Assembly (NCBI GenBank): GCA_965202585.1
Contig: OZ241831.1
Coordinates: 54,932,001 to 54,996,000 of the forward strand
Length of the DNA stretch: 64,000 nucleotides
Direction of reading: 5' to 3'
Source: Thalia democratica
Taxonomy: Eukaryota
Below the pieces are notes generated by a model. That model searched no databases. It saw nothing but the letters and a program-made list of their open reading frames with translations, and was not told where the DNA came from. The first letter of the stretch is position 1, and every line of letters begins with the position of its first letter. Shown here piece after piece: positions 1 to 13,221 of the stretch. Both the position numbers and the translations under genes were made by a program.

Positions 1-271
1 AAACTTTTGCAAGTGTTCATATTTATTAAAAAAAAAGTGTAATCGAAAAAACATGGAGCTGTGATAAGTTGAAATATAGTACGAACTGTAGTAAACGCCT
101 AAAATAAATAGAAATTACAATTGTAATAAAAAGTTATTAATATCAACTTAGGATTACACTTTTACCATAACAAAAAAGGAACATAGATTAACTTAAGCAA
201 ATATTTAAAAATATAAAACGAGCTACAATCACAAAAGATGTCTATGTTATACTACAAAAGACTGTTTTTTT

Positions 272-720
272 TTTCAAGTTGTGTTGGACAAATAAAAGTT
301 TTACACCGGTCTTTGGAAGCAATCGATCGCGCTTTTGCTCTTACAAATTCTAAGCTTCAGAAAATAATCTTTTAGAAGACACAGAAGATGATGGTGTGGC
401 TAGATATTTCCTTGCAAAACTGGTAAGATGTGGGTATTTTGTCCTGTCAAGTTCCTCCACTTTAAGACTTTATCCTCTTCAGTTTCTACATTCAAATATT
501 CTGTAATAAAAAAGCCTTTTATTTCTACTTAAATTTCTTTATCAGTAGAGTCTTATTGCTCGTCCTCCTGTGTAACTATGTTTGACCCTATTTTAAACAA
601 AGAATAGTAAGTTGAAAAGTATTTCGAACAAAAGTTTACAGAGCTTTGTGGTTTTGGTTTCTCTGGTGGCAATATAAAAGAATCACCACCTTGGTTAGCC
701 TCTAAACAGTTATGCATTTT
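272..720 (-). pseudogene. Decayed hAT-superfamily transposase, C-terminal dimerisation domain and upstream linker
   Basis: Minus-strand translation of 272-448 reads DRTKYPHLTSFARKYLATPSSSVSSKRLFSEA*NL*EQKRDRLLPKTGVKLLFVQHNLK. This matches the hAT C-terminal consensus YPxLxxxARKYLxxPxSSxxSERxFSxAxxxxxxKRxRL. It has two in-frame stops and a frameshift upstream near KVLKW. Confidence 0.85.
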
Positions 721-972
721 ATCATTTAACTTTATCTTTTATAGAATAAAGTAAAGTACCCTGCGTTTCATTAAGTACCATGAGTGTTTGGCAACCCTTG
801 ATTGCTATAATTAATAATAGCTAACAAAAAAATATTTAGAAGTATACGGTTGTTGTAAACTACACTTACGTATTTATAAAAGTATAAAATAAGCCAAATC
901 ATTTATTTAAAAGTGTTTTATTTAAAGATATATAACATATAAAGGTGTCCAGTCTCCACTTATTGCTAAAGA

Positions 973-1392
973 CAGGGTTGCCAAATGTTTTCGATAAATA
1001 TTTCTCAAGTTTTCATAAATTCTCTCAGGTTTTAAAAAGTAGACATTTTTGGGTCTATTTTAGTTTGAAATTCAGTTTAAGGTTCAAACTGTGTTAAACT
1101 GTATAAAAACATTAAATGGCACAGTAAAGCTACTTTAGAAATGTGTTTTAATAATAAAAAATTGTGATAATGACAAAAAAAGTGTATCTTTGTGATAGAT
1201 TTTTTGTGTTAAATCTAAACTTTACTACTTTTTATGTAGAAATTGTTTGAATTTCTACTTCTTTTAGTGATTTTTTTTCAAAATTCACAGTTCTTCAGTT
1301 TTTTTTTTCAAAAATTTTCTAATTCCAGATATTTACAGGATTTTTAGTCTAAACTTTAAAGTTCCAGGGTTCCAAGATTTTAAACAACCCTG
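973..1392. mobile_element. Non-autonomous TIR element (MITE) with CAGGGTTG...CAACCCTG ends, probably hAT-family
   Basis: cagggttg at 973-980 and its exact reverse complement caaccctg at 1385-1392 enclose an AT-rich non-coding interior. No clear 8-bp TSD. Related TGGCAACCCT ends occur at 789-798, 34006-34395 and 43115/43301. Confidence 0.6.
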
Positions 1393-2411
1393 TAGGAGAA
1401 TGATATACCTTTAATAATATGAAGATTTTCTTTTCATAACAATCTTTCACTTTAAAACATCAAAATAAACAAAGAGCATCAGACAAAATGGAAAGTTATT
1501 AAAAATTTGTTAGCTATGGATGTTGGTGGGCCTGAATCCAAAGTCTCAATTATGTCCGGTTGACTGAAATTGGACATAAAAAGTATAAAATGCTTTTATA
1601 CTAACTTCTTATAATGTATCAGTTAATTTTATATATCAATACTAAAAACTATTCTAGACTACTTTATATAAGTTAGAAAAGATACTTTCGATGATGTGTC
1701 TATTATAAAAAAGAACAACACAAGTTTATTGCAATTTTTTTTACTCAAAAAATATAAGCTGCTTTTAAAACTTTTATTAATTACTATGCAAGTTTTTCAA
1801 TTACTTGTTGCATTGATGATTTTAAGCCTTATTTCTCATAACTGCAGCAAGCTTTTAATATTCTCTTATATTCTGACTTCAACAATTGCAATAGTTGCAG
1901 AAGTTTACTAAAGTTTTATTACTAAAAGTTTTTTTTTTCTGTAGAATATTATTTTCAAATAAAATCTAGTAATTTATAACATATATGTCATAAATTAAAA
2001 CTGTCAATAAGATAAGCAACATAATATTAACAAAATGTATTCAGCTAGAAGTATGGAAGCATCTGTTTTAATGTTATATATCTAAGTAGCTTTTTTTTCT
2101 TTGAATAAATACTGCAGCATTTCATTACAACGAGCAAATATAAAAACTAAACATATGATGAATAAGTAAAAAGCTGAAAAGCTGCGATTAAACGCCTTAA
2201 CTATGTACTTATTTTTTTTTGAGAGTCTAACAAAAGTAATAATCTTAGTTTTCATACTGTGTGAAAAACTCCAAATCAAAACTTATAAGACTTTTATAAG
2301 TTTTAAATACCTTTTTTTAATTTACTTAAGCGTGACATCATTAACTTGAATTCATCTTATTTAATATTTTACAAACAATTAAGTAAAATTCAAAAAGTTT
2401 AAAGTGGTCTA

Positions 2412-2515
2412 CCGAGTCCAAAATTTCGGATTTGGCCGAGTCCGAATCCGAATCTTATTTTGAAATTAGAATTTGGCCGAATCCGAGTCAGAGTCTTGGA
2501 TTTGGTACATCCTTA
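2412..2515 (-). mobile_element. hAT-type element terminus with CCGA(A/G)TCC subterminal repeats
   Basis: Clustered ccgagtcc/ccgaatcc motifs end in ggtacatcctta (reverse complement TAAGGATGTACC, close to TAGGGATG-type hAT TIRs). The orientation fits the 5' end of the minus-strand hAT remnant at 272-720 (inference). Confidence 0.55.
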
Positions 2516-3984
2516 CTTGAAACGTTTTTGTCGAATCATAAGTAGATCTATAACCTAAATAGTGTAAATAGCTTTATTAAAAGTTTAGTATTTTACTTAA
2601 GGAAATATGAGTACTAGCAAATAAAAACAACAAACTAGTTTTAGAGAGTTTCTTCAAAGAATTCTAATACATTTATCAAGTCAAAATATAATTCCAGTCG
2701 TCTAACAGTTTTATCTAGCAAATTTTTACATCACTTGGTATTTTTAAATGTTTTCTACTTTATTATATTCTATCTCAAACATTGAGTATCAAAACGAATT
2801 ATAGCAATTGAAAACTTTAGTTTAAAAAAAAAAAAATATATATATAAATTTAAATTGTGTTTGTATCAAACTATAAGCTTATTATTACTAACTTAATTTT
2901 TTTTTTTTCAAACTTTAACTTTAAATAAACTTGTAAAACAAGTATTTTTTTAGTGTACAGTAACTAATACTGTATAAGCAAACTCAGAATAAAAGTAAGT
3001 TTGAATGTTTTTTAACTTTACTTATGACGCATTTCTTTATATATTAAAAAATTCAAAAAGCATGCATCTAAAAAATAAAGTCAATTTATTTTATTTGAAA
3101 AACTTGCATATGAAGTCAAGATAATTTAAGAAATATAAGCAGAAAAACAATGCTTAATAATTTAACACAAACGATATTTTGGGTTGAAAAACATGTTTAT
3201 ACAAACTGAGTTTATTGTTATTTATAATAAGTTTAAGACAAAAACAGACCGTTTCGCAATAAACATTAACGCAACACATACTTTTATACAAAAACAAAAA
3301 CATACATTTCGTAATATTTGCGTTATTTGAATGATATAAAACTATGTAATACAAGTTTATACGCTGAGGTATAAGAGACAATAAACTTGCTTACTTAAAT
3401 ACAAATTAAAGTTGTAAAAAATCATTATGTCTGTTTTAGCTCATAAACTAAGTGTTTCAAATATTTTTTTGTGATAAACAGTCCTGTTTAATTTTTAGAA
3501 GTAACATTTTTTGTTACAAATTAAAACTTTTGTACGTTTCATTTAAGCAAAAACTTGGAGTAAAACTTATTTCAAATATTATTCTTAAAAACAGTTAAGC
3601 GTTATATACTTAAACTTAAGTTGTTTGTTTAAAAAGTTTATAAAAATTTTGGTTTAATTTGTTAGTTATTTTAATATTATAATATGTTAGGTTTAATAAA
3701 AATACTCAAACTATTTTCATAGCTTATTATAGAACTTTCACTTAAAATTATTTCAAACATTGACTAAAATCATTGTTAACAAATGTATTGTAGGTTACGT
3801 ATAAATATCACGCTTGTCTATAAAAAGTATAGACAAACACTAAAATGTAAACATTTTTGAACCATATATTATGAGTTCACTGTTTTGTACTTTAACCATA
3901 TGTGTAATAAAAAACACATGGTTTCACAAACACGTTTTAAATTAGATTGTTGCAGATACTTTCTTGTTAAATATAGCTCTAAGT

Positions 3985-4503
3985 ATGGTTAATTTTAAAC
4001 GTGAAAACGACAATGAAAATGTTGACGGCCATGCTATTAATGACGTCGGTTGCAAATCAGGCATTGAATATTTAGTTGGGGCTTTAGTGAGTCTTGGTAT
4101 CGACAGAAACGTAATACTCAACAAACCAGATGAGTAACTGAAACAAGTAGAATCATTTCGACGAACTAAGGAACTGTGGACGAAAACAAAAGACTTAGTG
4201 GGTAAAAAGAACATAGAGACACTGAAAAAAGCAATTAAACAAAATAAAAAAGGCACATTTGAAATTTACGAGGAAAAAAAATCGTCAGATAATGTTGAGT
4301 TTGAAGAAATTCAATGGAAATTAGATAGTATGATAGGAAAAAATGGTGTAGAGTTCATACCACTTAATGATGATCTTGTGAAGCAAAGGAAAGTTTATTT
4401 AGTCAAGGAAACTTACTTAGATGAAATTAAGAAAAAAAATGAAGTATTGGAAGAAAAGTTGAAATATCTTAAAGAAAATGTTAGTAAAAATAAAAATAAT
4501 TGA
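3985..4503 (+). pseudogene. Intronless 172-codon ORF interrupted by a single TAA; unknown Lys/Glu-rich protein with a coiled-coil-like C-terminus
   Basis: ATG at 3985 is in frame with track ORF 4198-4503 (MVNFKRENDNENVDGHAINDVGCKSGIEYLVGALVSLGIDRNVILNKPDE*LKQVESFRRTKELWTKTKDLVGKK...). The only stop is TAA at 4135-4137. Such a long, nearly open frame is unlikely by chance at this AT content. Confidence 0.6.
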
Positions 4504-4574
4504 TGCTTAAACTTTATAAAAATATAGACCATCTTAAAAGTTTATAGTTCTTAGTTTATAAATAGCGTAACTAT

Positions 4575-5886
4575 TTGTTTAATTGCTTTATAATTTTTCG
4601 GAAAAAAACAATAAAAATACTAATTAAAATCAAGGCTGTAAAAATATGGAGCGTAGGATTGAACGAACAACGTTTTAATTTTGAAGAAATTTTGTCCAGA
4701 GTTGGTCCATCTGAAAAACATAATGATAAGATATACGAAGTAACCATCAATGATAAACATCTAAGTACCCCCGAACAAGTTTGTTGTTTTAGTTCTTGTA
4801 AACTAACTGAAAATAACAGTAAATTTTTATTTTAGGTTACTAGTCTTAAAAAATTGATTCAAGCTTTGAAAACCAAGTATAAGAATTGATTAGAGTGCGG
4901 ATAATATCAGTAGATTTCAATAAATTAGGGGAAGTGAGAAGGCATTTTAATAACAAACTTGAAATTGTCTACATAAGCAGGGATAAGCAAGAAATTCACG
5001 ACCGTTTTCTACGGTACGTTTCATTGATCTTATGGAAGCATCAGTTAAATACTATTAAAACTGTTATATTTCTCGTTTTATGTAACTACTTTTAGTAATA
5101 AGAAATTATCTGGTCGATATATTTATCAACCAAATTGTTAGAAAACAATTTTCAGTTTTGCTTGCTGTAAAAATTTGTCAGCTTGAAAATTGTTTAATTT
5201 AATATTATTTACTTATAACATTACTTTGATTTTTTTTAGTTCAAAAAACTAAATCAAATAAACGATAAAAATGTAATGTATAGCTTTGTTTATTTAATGA
5301 TCAATAAAAAAACTTGAATATAAATATAAATAAATTTATAAATAGCGCAATAGATATCAAACATTTAATTTTGTTTTATACTTTTACTTATTATACTACC
5401 TTCATTATTTCTAAAAATTGTAAACAGCTAAAAACTTTTTTTTAATGCTCAAATTGCTCATATGTTGACTTTTTGATGCACTGTTAAATCTTAGACAAAA
5501 TTAAATAAAAATTAACAATCACTGCAGCTTCAATGACATAAATTACTTTATTATTTTCGGACGAGGGGTAGATATGCGGAAGGCATGTACATCTAGACCT
5601 CTTCCTGGTAATAACATGATCGGAATTTCTACAAAGTCTGACCTGGAGATTGTGAAATTTGTTGGAATAAGTAAAACTTTTCGTTGATTGTGCCGTTATT
5701 CTGTTTTTCTTACATTCTTATTTCAAAATGACGAACTTGACAAAGTGAAAAGACTACTGAAAAATGTCGAAAGTAAATCAGGTTGGATCTTTGTTGGCAC
5801 AGGATTGCCTAATTTCTGCAAACACAGCAAAAATAGTTGGTCGAATTGCAGATAGAAATGATATACATGTTAACGCTTGTGTGTGA
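4575..5886 (+). pseudogene. Decayed four-exon gene of unknown function, possibly a transposon accessory gene
   Basis: Phase-consistent exons at ~4575-4778, 4836-5013, 5561-5670 and 5728-5886. Donors gtttgt, gtacgt and gtaaaa are intact, but two acceptors are mutated (ttttcgg, atttcaaa). There is a 1-nt frameshift at ~4887 and another near 5810. Peptide fragments: KIWSVGLNEQRFNFEEILSRVGPSEKHNDKIYEVTINDKHLSTPEQ / VTSLKKLIQALKTKYKN(W)IRVRIISVDFNKLGEVRRHF... / RGVDMRKACTSRPLPGNNMIGISTKSDLEIVKFVGI / DELDKVKRLLKNVESKSGWIFVGTG..ISANTAKIVGRIADRNDIHVNACV*. Confidence 0.5.
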
Positions 5887-7939
5887 ACATAAAGCAAATA
5901 ATTCAGTTTACATATAAAACTTATGAGCTTTTATTTTTTATTGGTTTAATAAAACGCTGAGTTAATGTTATAATTTTTTAAAACGGCGGAAATTGTAAGA
6001 AGAATATGAGCATGAATTAAAATAAACTACTTTTTTTACAAGAAAAATTGTTAAATAAAAGTAATTGTTCTTTTTAGACTAATCGTTTTATAAATAAAAG
6101 CGTTAGAATATCTCAACTGAAAATGAACGTTTATAACTTAAATGTTAAATTGAAGTAAAATATACTTAAACATCTAATCAAATAACTAGCTCATACTGGT
6201 ATAATAAAATTAGTAAAAACTCTTGATTAACTTAAACCTATTTGATGAAAGTATAATAAGCATGTACTTAAACAGTTAAATAAACGTAAACTAATTTTAA
6301 TGTTTTTCTTTAAAATTAATTTAAAACTATTTAACGCAAGCTACCGAAGTATAAATCACAAATACTTAAAAATACATAAAAATATAAGAACATCAAAAAA
6401 AAACATTAAGGAAAAAATTATCAAAAATGATCAAAAATATAAACCTTGCATTTACATTTTGTATTATTTTTGGAGCATAAATTTATGTGGTAGCAAAGAA
6501 CTTTGGTCGAATATATTTAAAATTGAGATATGTCAGAAAAAGAATGTATGTTTTAACCATATTAATTATTTTTTAAGTTCAGTCTAAGCTGTACAAAATT
6601 TTAAAATCATTAAAAGATTAAATTGCAACGTGAGCAGTTTCAACTACAATTACGTTAAAGAATGTATATTGCTAGTTATTTAATTTTTTAATTTACTTGT
6701 TAAATAGTTGAAATGATATTAAACCTTCGATTGTTGAGGTGCACTTTATGTTAGTAATTTTTGTTCAAAAATTCAAAAATACAAAATATCTAAACTAAGC
6801 TTAAAAATAATACACTTATTATTTTAAATAGTTTACGTTAATAATTTATAATATTTTTCGGATTGATTTTTAAGCAGTAAACTTCAAAGACAAAACAATA
6901 TTTTTTAAGGTTTATTTTTTAATAATTTGTAGTTACAATATGATAGGCTGTATAACAAGATAAACTTAACACTTCGTAAATTTGATTGATATTTATTAAA
7001 AGAGAATTTTTTCAAACAGTTTATAAACAGCTTTTTACTCGAACAAGAAAAACTAAACAGCTTTTTTATGGTTTTTGACAACTAAAAAACGTACTAATTG
7101 TTTTTTGCTTATGTATTATTGTGTTCTACAATAAAAACAAAACAAAAATTCAATGTATCAACGATTAGCAATTATATTTTTTGAAAATTATTTTTCTCAG
7201 TTTTGAATGTTTCTTTAGTATATGAATAAATTAATTTTTGTTGAATAAGTTCATAGTAATCAAAAACTATGTTTTATTAAATAAAGTTTTATTATCCTCT
7301 AATAACTGTTTTTCTTCTCTAGTTTTAAACAATTATAAAAACAATGTTTTAATTAGATAATATATGGACCTTATGTACATTAATATTATACATTTTTGAG
7401 ATGTTTCTAAAATAAGTTTTAAAATAAAATTGTTTTTAGTAGTTTTTCAAATAATTTTAAAGTGAATACTTTTTTTTAAACAAAAAAAAAAAGGTTTGTA
7501 GGTATAAGTTAGACCCTTTTTTAAGTATTTTAACTGACATGTAACCGGTTTCGTATGACTGACTATCATTTTCTAGATATTGTTATAACATGTAGATAAA
7601 CTGATGTTATCATTCTAGTTTTTACAAGTGTAAATTTTCTTTCTGTTTATTTCGCTTTACTTGCCGAAAATTATAACTACGTTGTTCAATATCAATGCTA
7701 AACTCCTTTAAAATCCAATGCTAAACTAAAATTTTACAAAAAGCTCTTTTGAATAATAAACTTTTATGTTTCGAATATAAAAACACAACTGAATTTAAAA
7801 ATTTTAGATTCACATTTGTTTTGTTTTTATTTATTTAAATATCTAGATAAAATCTAATCGCAGCTGAGCAGAAACTTAGTAAATTTTAAGATTGTTTTCA
7901 AGTTTTAAATCAAATATTTTTGCTACATTTATTTTTAAG

Positions 7940-8050
7940 GTGCACATGAGGTTCCAAGAAAGAAAAAGAAAGAAAAAACGCTCACAGCTATCGTCACTGG
8001 ATTGGTGTGGAGAAAGATCTTTTGGTCATCGAGCCTCACACCATACAATT
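7940..8050 (+). pseudogene. Orphan exon-like block homologous to 63457-63504
   Basis: Acceptor atttttaag and donor gtaaat. 7995-8042 aligns with 63457-63504 at roughly 70% identity, conserving HWIGVEKDLLVIEPHT / YWAGLEKDVFVIEIQT with several synonymous third-position changes. Confidence 0.4.
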
Positions 8051-8209
8051 GTAAATAACTTTGATAATTTTTTTTAGAACTTTAATAAGTTAAACATTTT
8101 AATAAAAATTAAACTTTCGGTCATCGAGTTTCACACCGTACAATTGTAAATAAATTTGATATTTTTTTAGAACTTAAATAAATTAAAAATTTTAATAAAA
8201 TTTAACTTT
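8019..8209 (+). repeat. Tandem duplication, 95-bp unit x2
   Basis: cttttggtcatcgagcctcacaccatacaattgtaaataa... at 8019 recurs as ctttcggtcatcgagtttcacaccgtacaattgtaaataa... at 8114. Confidence 0.9.
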
Positions 8210-11200
8210 AATATCAGTATAAATGGTTTTTATTTACTTAAACTAAATAAAGAAGTTAATTATAAAAAACAAAGGTATGTAATCTTTTTAAACCCATTAC
8301 TGCCCATATTAGCCATGAAAACCCATTAACTGTAGAGCACAATCTATTCTAAAAAGGTCTACAGATCTATGTGCTAAGTAAAAAAAAAAATTAAGAATTT
8401 TTTATACTTTTTTAATATGTAAATTACTCATATACAATAACTATTCCTCACGCTCAAATACAGATACATGTAAGAAAAAATAATCACACTTATAGATATA
8501 ATAACTAAATGTTTTAAAAAAATTATGATAATAATAAAAATAAGAAATAAGCTTAACAACTAACGGAATAAAAAAAAAAGTTAACAAACCTATTTTAAAA
8601 ATAAAGATAAACAAGCATGAAACTTTCAGATCTTATATTATATTTTCAATTTTTATTTTCAAACTTATTTCTCACTACCTTTTACACTTATTGCTCATCA
8701 TGATTTCCCCAACTTTTCAAACTTTTTTTCAAGAAATTATTAGTTATTTCTTTAAAAATTTAAAAAACAACTCGTTTTTCATACACAGTACTGTTTTCTT
8801 TATTTAGTTAGACAACTTTAATTTTCACAGTTTAAATTTAATTATTTCTTCATTTAAAAAAAAATTAGCAATAGTCTTCTCAAGACTGAATTACAAAAAT
8901 TCTTATATTTATATACTTTTTAATATATAAAAAAAAATTGCTTTTATTTAACTTTGATTACCAAGTAACTTGTTGTCTTACTTGACTTTGGTTAATTGTC
9001 TCTCTAATATTTTTCTTCTTTATTACTAACGATTTAGTCCTTCTTGATTGAAAATTTTTGAGTTCATTTTTTTAGGTTTGATGAGTTATTTTAATTTAAT
9101 AATAATCTTAACAAACACCTTTCTCAGATTTTGTTTTTATCAATGTTTTAAAACTAACTTTTTGTAAATTAGTTGTAAGCCAATACTTCTTCAGTGAAAA
9201 TAAATTTAACTTGAATACTTTATATTTTAATATCAATAAATTAGATCCTAATAATCAGTGTTTGAATTTGTTAATTTTTTAACTTGGATACTGGAATGAC
9301 TATAATTAACATAAAAAACTTGCTAATAAAAATAAAGTTGTTTTAGCAATATAAAGATCTGTATTTAGAGTAGGTAATAAAAGCTAGATATATCTTTTCA
9401 GAAAATTCCGTTATTTTTTTTTTATACATTCAAACATGTTTTGAATTCACAAATACTGATACTGATTTAAATCTATATCAAGCTAATCAAAGTATGTTGT
9501 ATTATAAAAACTGATGACGTTTTTTAAACTAAAAAAAGTTAGTAAAAAAGTTTTTGAGACTGGCACTTTTCCTTATACTACATTTCAAATAAATAAACGT
9601 AATAAATAATAATTTATTGTTGTACGGGACTTTTAAAGCAATTAAACCTACTTAACTTAACAAAAATTATGTATACAACTAAAGCTTACTTATGTACTCA
9701 CTAGAATCTCCAGTGCTAAAAATTGGGTTTTCTCAATAATTGAACTAAAACAAGTTTTGATATTTAAAATTCTTGTACACAGAAACGAAAATTCTTAATG
9801 TATAAAATATCTGGCGTACAAGCGTTTTTCTTTGTTGTTAAAAAACTGCAAAACACAGAACAATATTAAACAGTAATGTTGCAAAGCTGTTTTTTATGCT
9901 TTTAAAATCACTCATACTATAAACATTTCGGATATTCTAAAATGTATTTTATGCCAAATCATATAAAAAATATGATTTTTTTACATTAAAGTCATTTAGA
10001 AGCTTATTACTTTACAATGCTTATGGAAAGTTATGGTTTTTTAGTCGGACAGAGGTTACCAAGAAGTATTTAAGACTAACTTTAACACACATACATAATA
10101 TTTTATGCATATGATGTCAAACTACACTAATTAATAACAATAACAACTATTTTCAAGACAGTAAAAAGTAGAACGGTTTTATCACTGAATTTAATGCAAT
10201 TCGCGTATCCTATCAATAGACTTCAAAACACAATTGAAATATGCTTGCAGCAAAAACTAATTGCCAAGAAAATTATGTTTTAAGATTAGTTGTAACTTAT
10301 TAAGTCGCTTCTGTATAAAACTGACACTATGTTCTGGTTTGTGCTTTATTAACTAAGTTTTCGTCAGAATAACTGTTTTATCTAAATTTACTTTGCCTTT
10401 AAATTATAAAGCACCGTATATCAAATTTAAAAACTAACAGCACATTATCTAAGTGTTTAGATCGTTGTATTTTTTAGTTTTTCGTTTTGCTCCTTTTAAT
10501 TGATTAAGATAAATTGTTTTTCATTTTTTTATGCACTAGTTATAGATTTGTTTTTCTTTTGTATTAGCATGTTATTATACTTTGTGTTATTATCGTAACG
10601 TTTAATATAGGTTTGTATTTTTAATTTCAGTTTTGTATATGGAGTGAAAACTAGTATATTATGATTATGATTATTTCGTGTAGTTTGTTTGTATGTCTTT
10701 GTGTTCTAAATTTGTCAATTTAATTTAATCTGAAGAGCAATTAACTTGTTTGATTTGCTCTACTTTTTGATGCCATAGTAAGAATTAGTTAGTTTAAATA
10801 TGTTAAGTTTTAACCTTTGTAAGAAGCTGTTAGTAATGAGGAAGATTACAGATAAAGTATTCAATAACTACATTGAGATTCTGATTAACCGGAAGTCCCT
10901 TCTTTAAAAAGGGGTCGTTAACAGTTTAACCAAGTACAACTTTATCATTAATCTAAAGTTAGTTATAAATTGTTAAGACAAAATGTTTTCACAGCTATTA
11001 CTTTAATGATGGTGTTTTGAGATTCTTTCATTTCCAATCTGCGTTTGGTTCCAGGCTCCATTTATTTAAAATCTTAATCAATTTCCATCACTTTAACATA
11101 GCAAACACAAAACGTCAAAAATTGTAATCAGTTAGCATTAATTTAAAATATTTTAACTCAATTGATTATGTACTATTTTTTTTTGTAAAATTAAAATATT

Positions 11201-12960
11201 GTGAAACTTTTAAGATAAGAAAATATATTTTTAAAAATTTGCATTAGCTCTCAAAATGATGTTTATTTAAAAATGGTTTATTAAATATTTTAGTGTTTTC
11301 AAAGTAGTAAAATTCTTATCAAGAACAGTTTACTAAAATATAGTGTTCAGTTCATTTAGTTTTTAACAAAAACATCGGCGATAGTCTACAGAGCAGAAGC
11401 CTAGACTATCGTATGCTATGAGACAAGCTCAAGTTTAGCAAAAGGATTAACATACCAATTCGATCATCAGACCACAAGCTGAGACTCCGACTAATTAAAC
11501 TAAAACAATGTAACTTCTTAAAGAATTATAAATTGAATTTTAGTATTTTGTACCGAATACTTATTTGGTCATAATAGTATCTACTAATACAATTTTTTTT
11601 TATACAAACTTTTATTTTTCATGTTTTTTATGTTGACTTTAATAAAATATAAGCAAAATTAGTGGTCAATAACAAACGAAATCAAACTTTCAGCTTTTTT
11701 AGTGATGGTTAGTTTATGCAAGTACATTATTTTGCACATAATTCTCTTTTTAAAAATATGCTACGAAAAATTTATTTAATGACCTATAATAATATTAGTT
11801 ATGATTAGAACCATCTAACTTCGTTAGCAAAAGTAGAGCACTTGTCTTCGATGGTAAAAGATTTAACATTTATATTTAAAGAAGTTTGGTAACCTTACAT
11901 TTATAATAGATATAACTACTACTGTGAGTACCTATAGACTTTTTTTTTAATATTAAGTATGCTCTAACATTAGATCTATGATGCTCATTTTGATAAACGT
12001 AACTTCTTTGAGAAAGTGATTAATCACCCCGATAAAAAAAAAACTAAAAAAAATACAGTATAAATTTCGAATTTCTTTTTAAATGGCCATGTACCCCCCA
12101 TGGCCACCTAACTTATCAGAATCACCCTTTGCAGCTTATTGATCCAAGACTCGCTAAGATGGCTCGAAAGGGGCCCTAATAGACCAGTTTAGGAAACCCT
12201 GCCTTAACACACTGTACGTGGTGAATGTTTTTTCCACAAACTTAAAGTCTTTATAGGATCAAGAATTTTATCTATTGAGCATCAAAAGTATTGCAAAGAA
12301 TTTTGGTTAAACTTGGTTAAGTTTCGCTGTTTTAAAGTATTCGATTGCTGTTCATCCAATTAGTTTGTTGTTCAAGGCTCATAACATACAATGGTCACAA
12401 GCAATATTTAATACTGGTTTTTAAATTAAAAGGGATTATGAGCGTCATCGTTCGGATTTTAGACTATAATAAGATTAAATCAATAAGATTAGAATACAAA
12501 AACGTTCAGTTGAATGCTATAAATATCTTTTTACGCGGTAACAAAATTTAACTGTTTAACACAATTAGTCTTAATTTCAAAACGTGTTTTTTGGAAAACA
12601 CACTGTTAAAACATTAACAAGCTCATGATTAAACTGACCATTACAATTTAAATTTTTGACAAATTTTCTAAAAATTTGCTTGAAACTCGGAATCTTACTA
12701 ACAGCTAGTCCAAGTTAAGTAACTAAAGTTTAAATACTTTCTTAATAGTTCAATTAGTTTTGTATTTCATTTTTCATATTTAGATGGGAATATTCTTATA
12801 ATCTTGCAATGTTTACACAAAGCTGTAAAATGAAAAATCCTTAAAAGAACCAATCTTTTTACTTAAACATTCTACAGTTAAAAATAAAGAAAAAACAAAT
12901 TTGAATTATTTTTCTGATAATTTAATACACTAATCAAAACTATGTCTTAAATTTAAATCT

Positions 12961-13221
12961 CGATCCAATCTCCACACAGATGCAGCATTCATCGTTGACT
13001 TGTCAAACTTGAACGCGATTGTGCCGGCCTCGAAGCGAACCGAAGAACTTGCTCATCGTCTCCAAGCCGTAAATGTTTTCAAAGCTGGCTTCCCTCCGAC
13101 GTCACTGCTCGCCTCGCCAATTCAAATTCTGGCATCCATCATCGTAGCAAACCTAAATGGCCTCGCCGAACATGGTTCTCAGGAAACGCCCAATTATGAT
13201 GCGAATGAAACCTTAAATTAA
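12961..13221 (+). other. GC-rich coding-like island (open frame from 12934 to 13221, no ATG)
   Basis: About half G+C by eye against about a quarter in the flanks. Frame 1 is open for ~95 codons (RSNLHTDAAFIVDLSNLNAIVPASKRTEELAHRLQAVNVFKAGFPPTSLLASPIQILASIIV...) with a purine-first codon bias. Family not recognised. Confidence 0.4.

Noticed and set aside
3942-4256. Minus-strand 104-aa ORF in the track
   Set aside because: It is the antisense shadow of the 3985-4503 frame.
9511-9545. CTGATGA as a hammerhead ribozyme core
   Set aside because: No stem II followed by GAAA, and no flanking stems or cleavage triplet.
10730-10765. CTGAAGA plus gcaa/ttgc stem as a hammerhead ribozyme
   Set aside because: The stem is followed by TCTA rather than the required GAAA.
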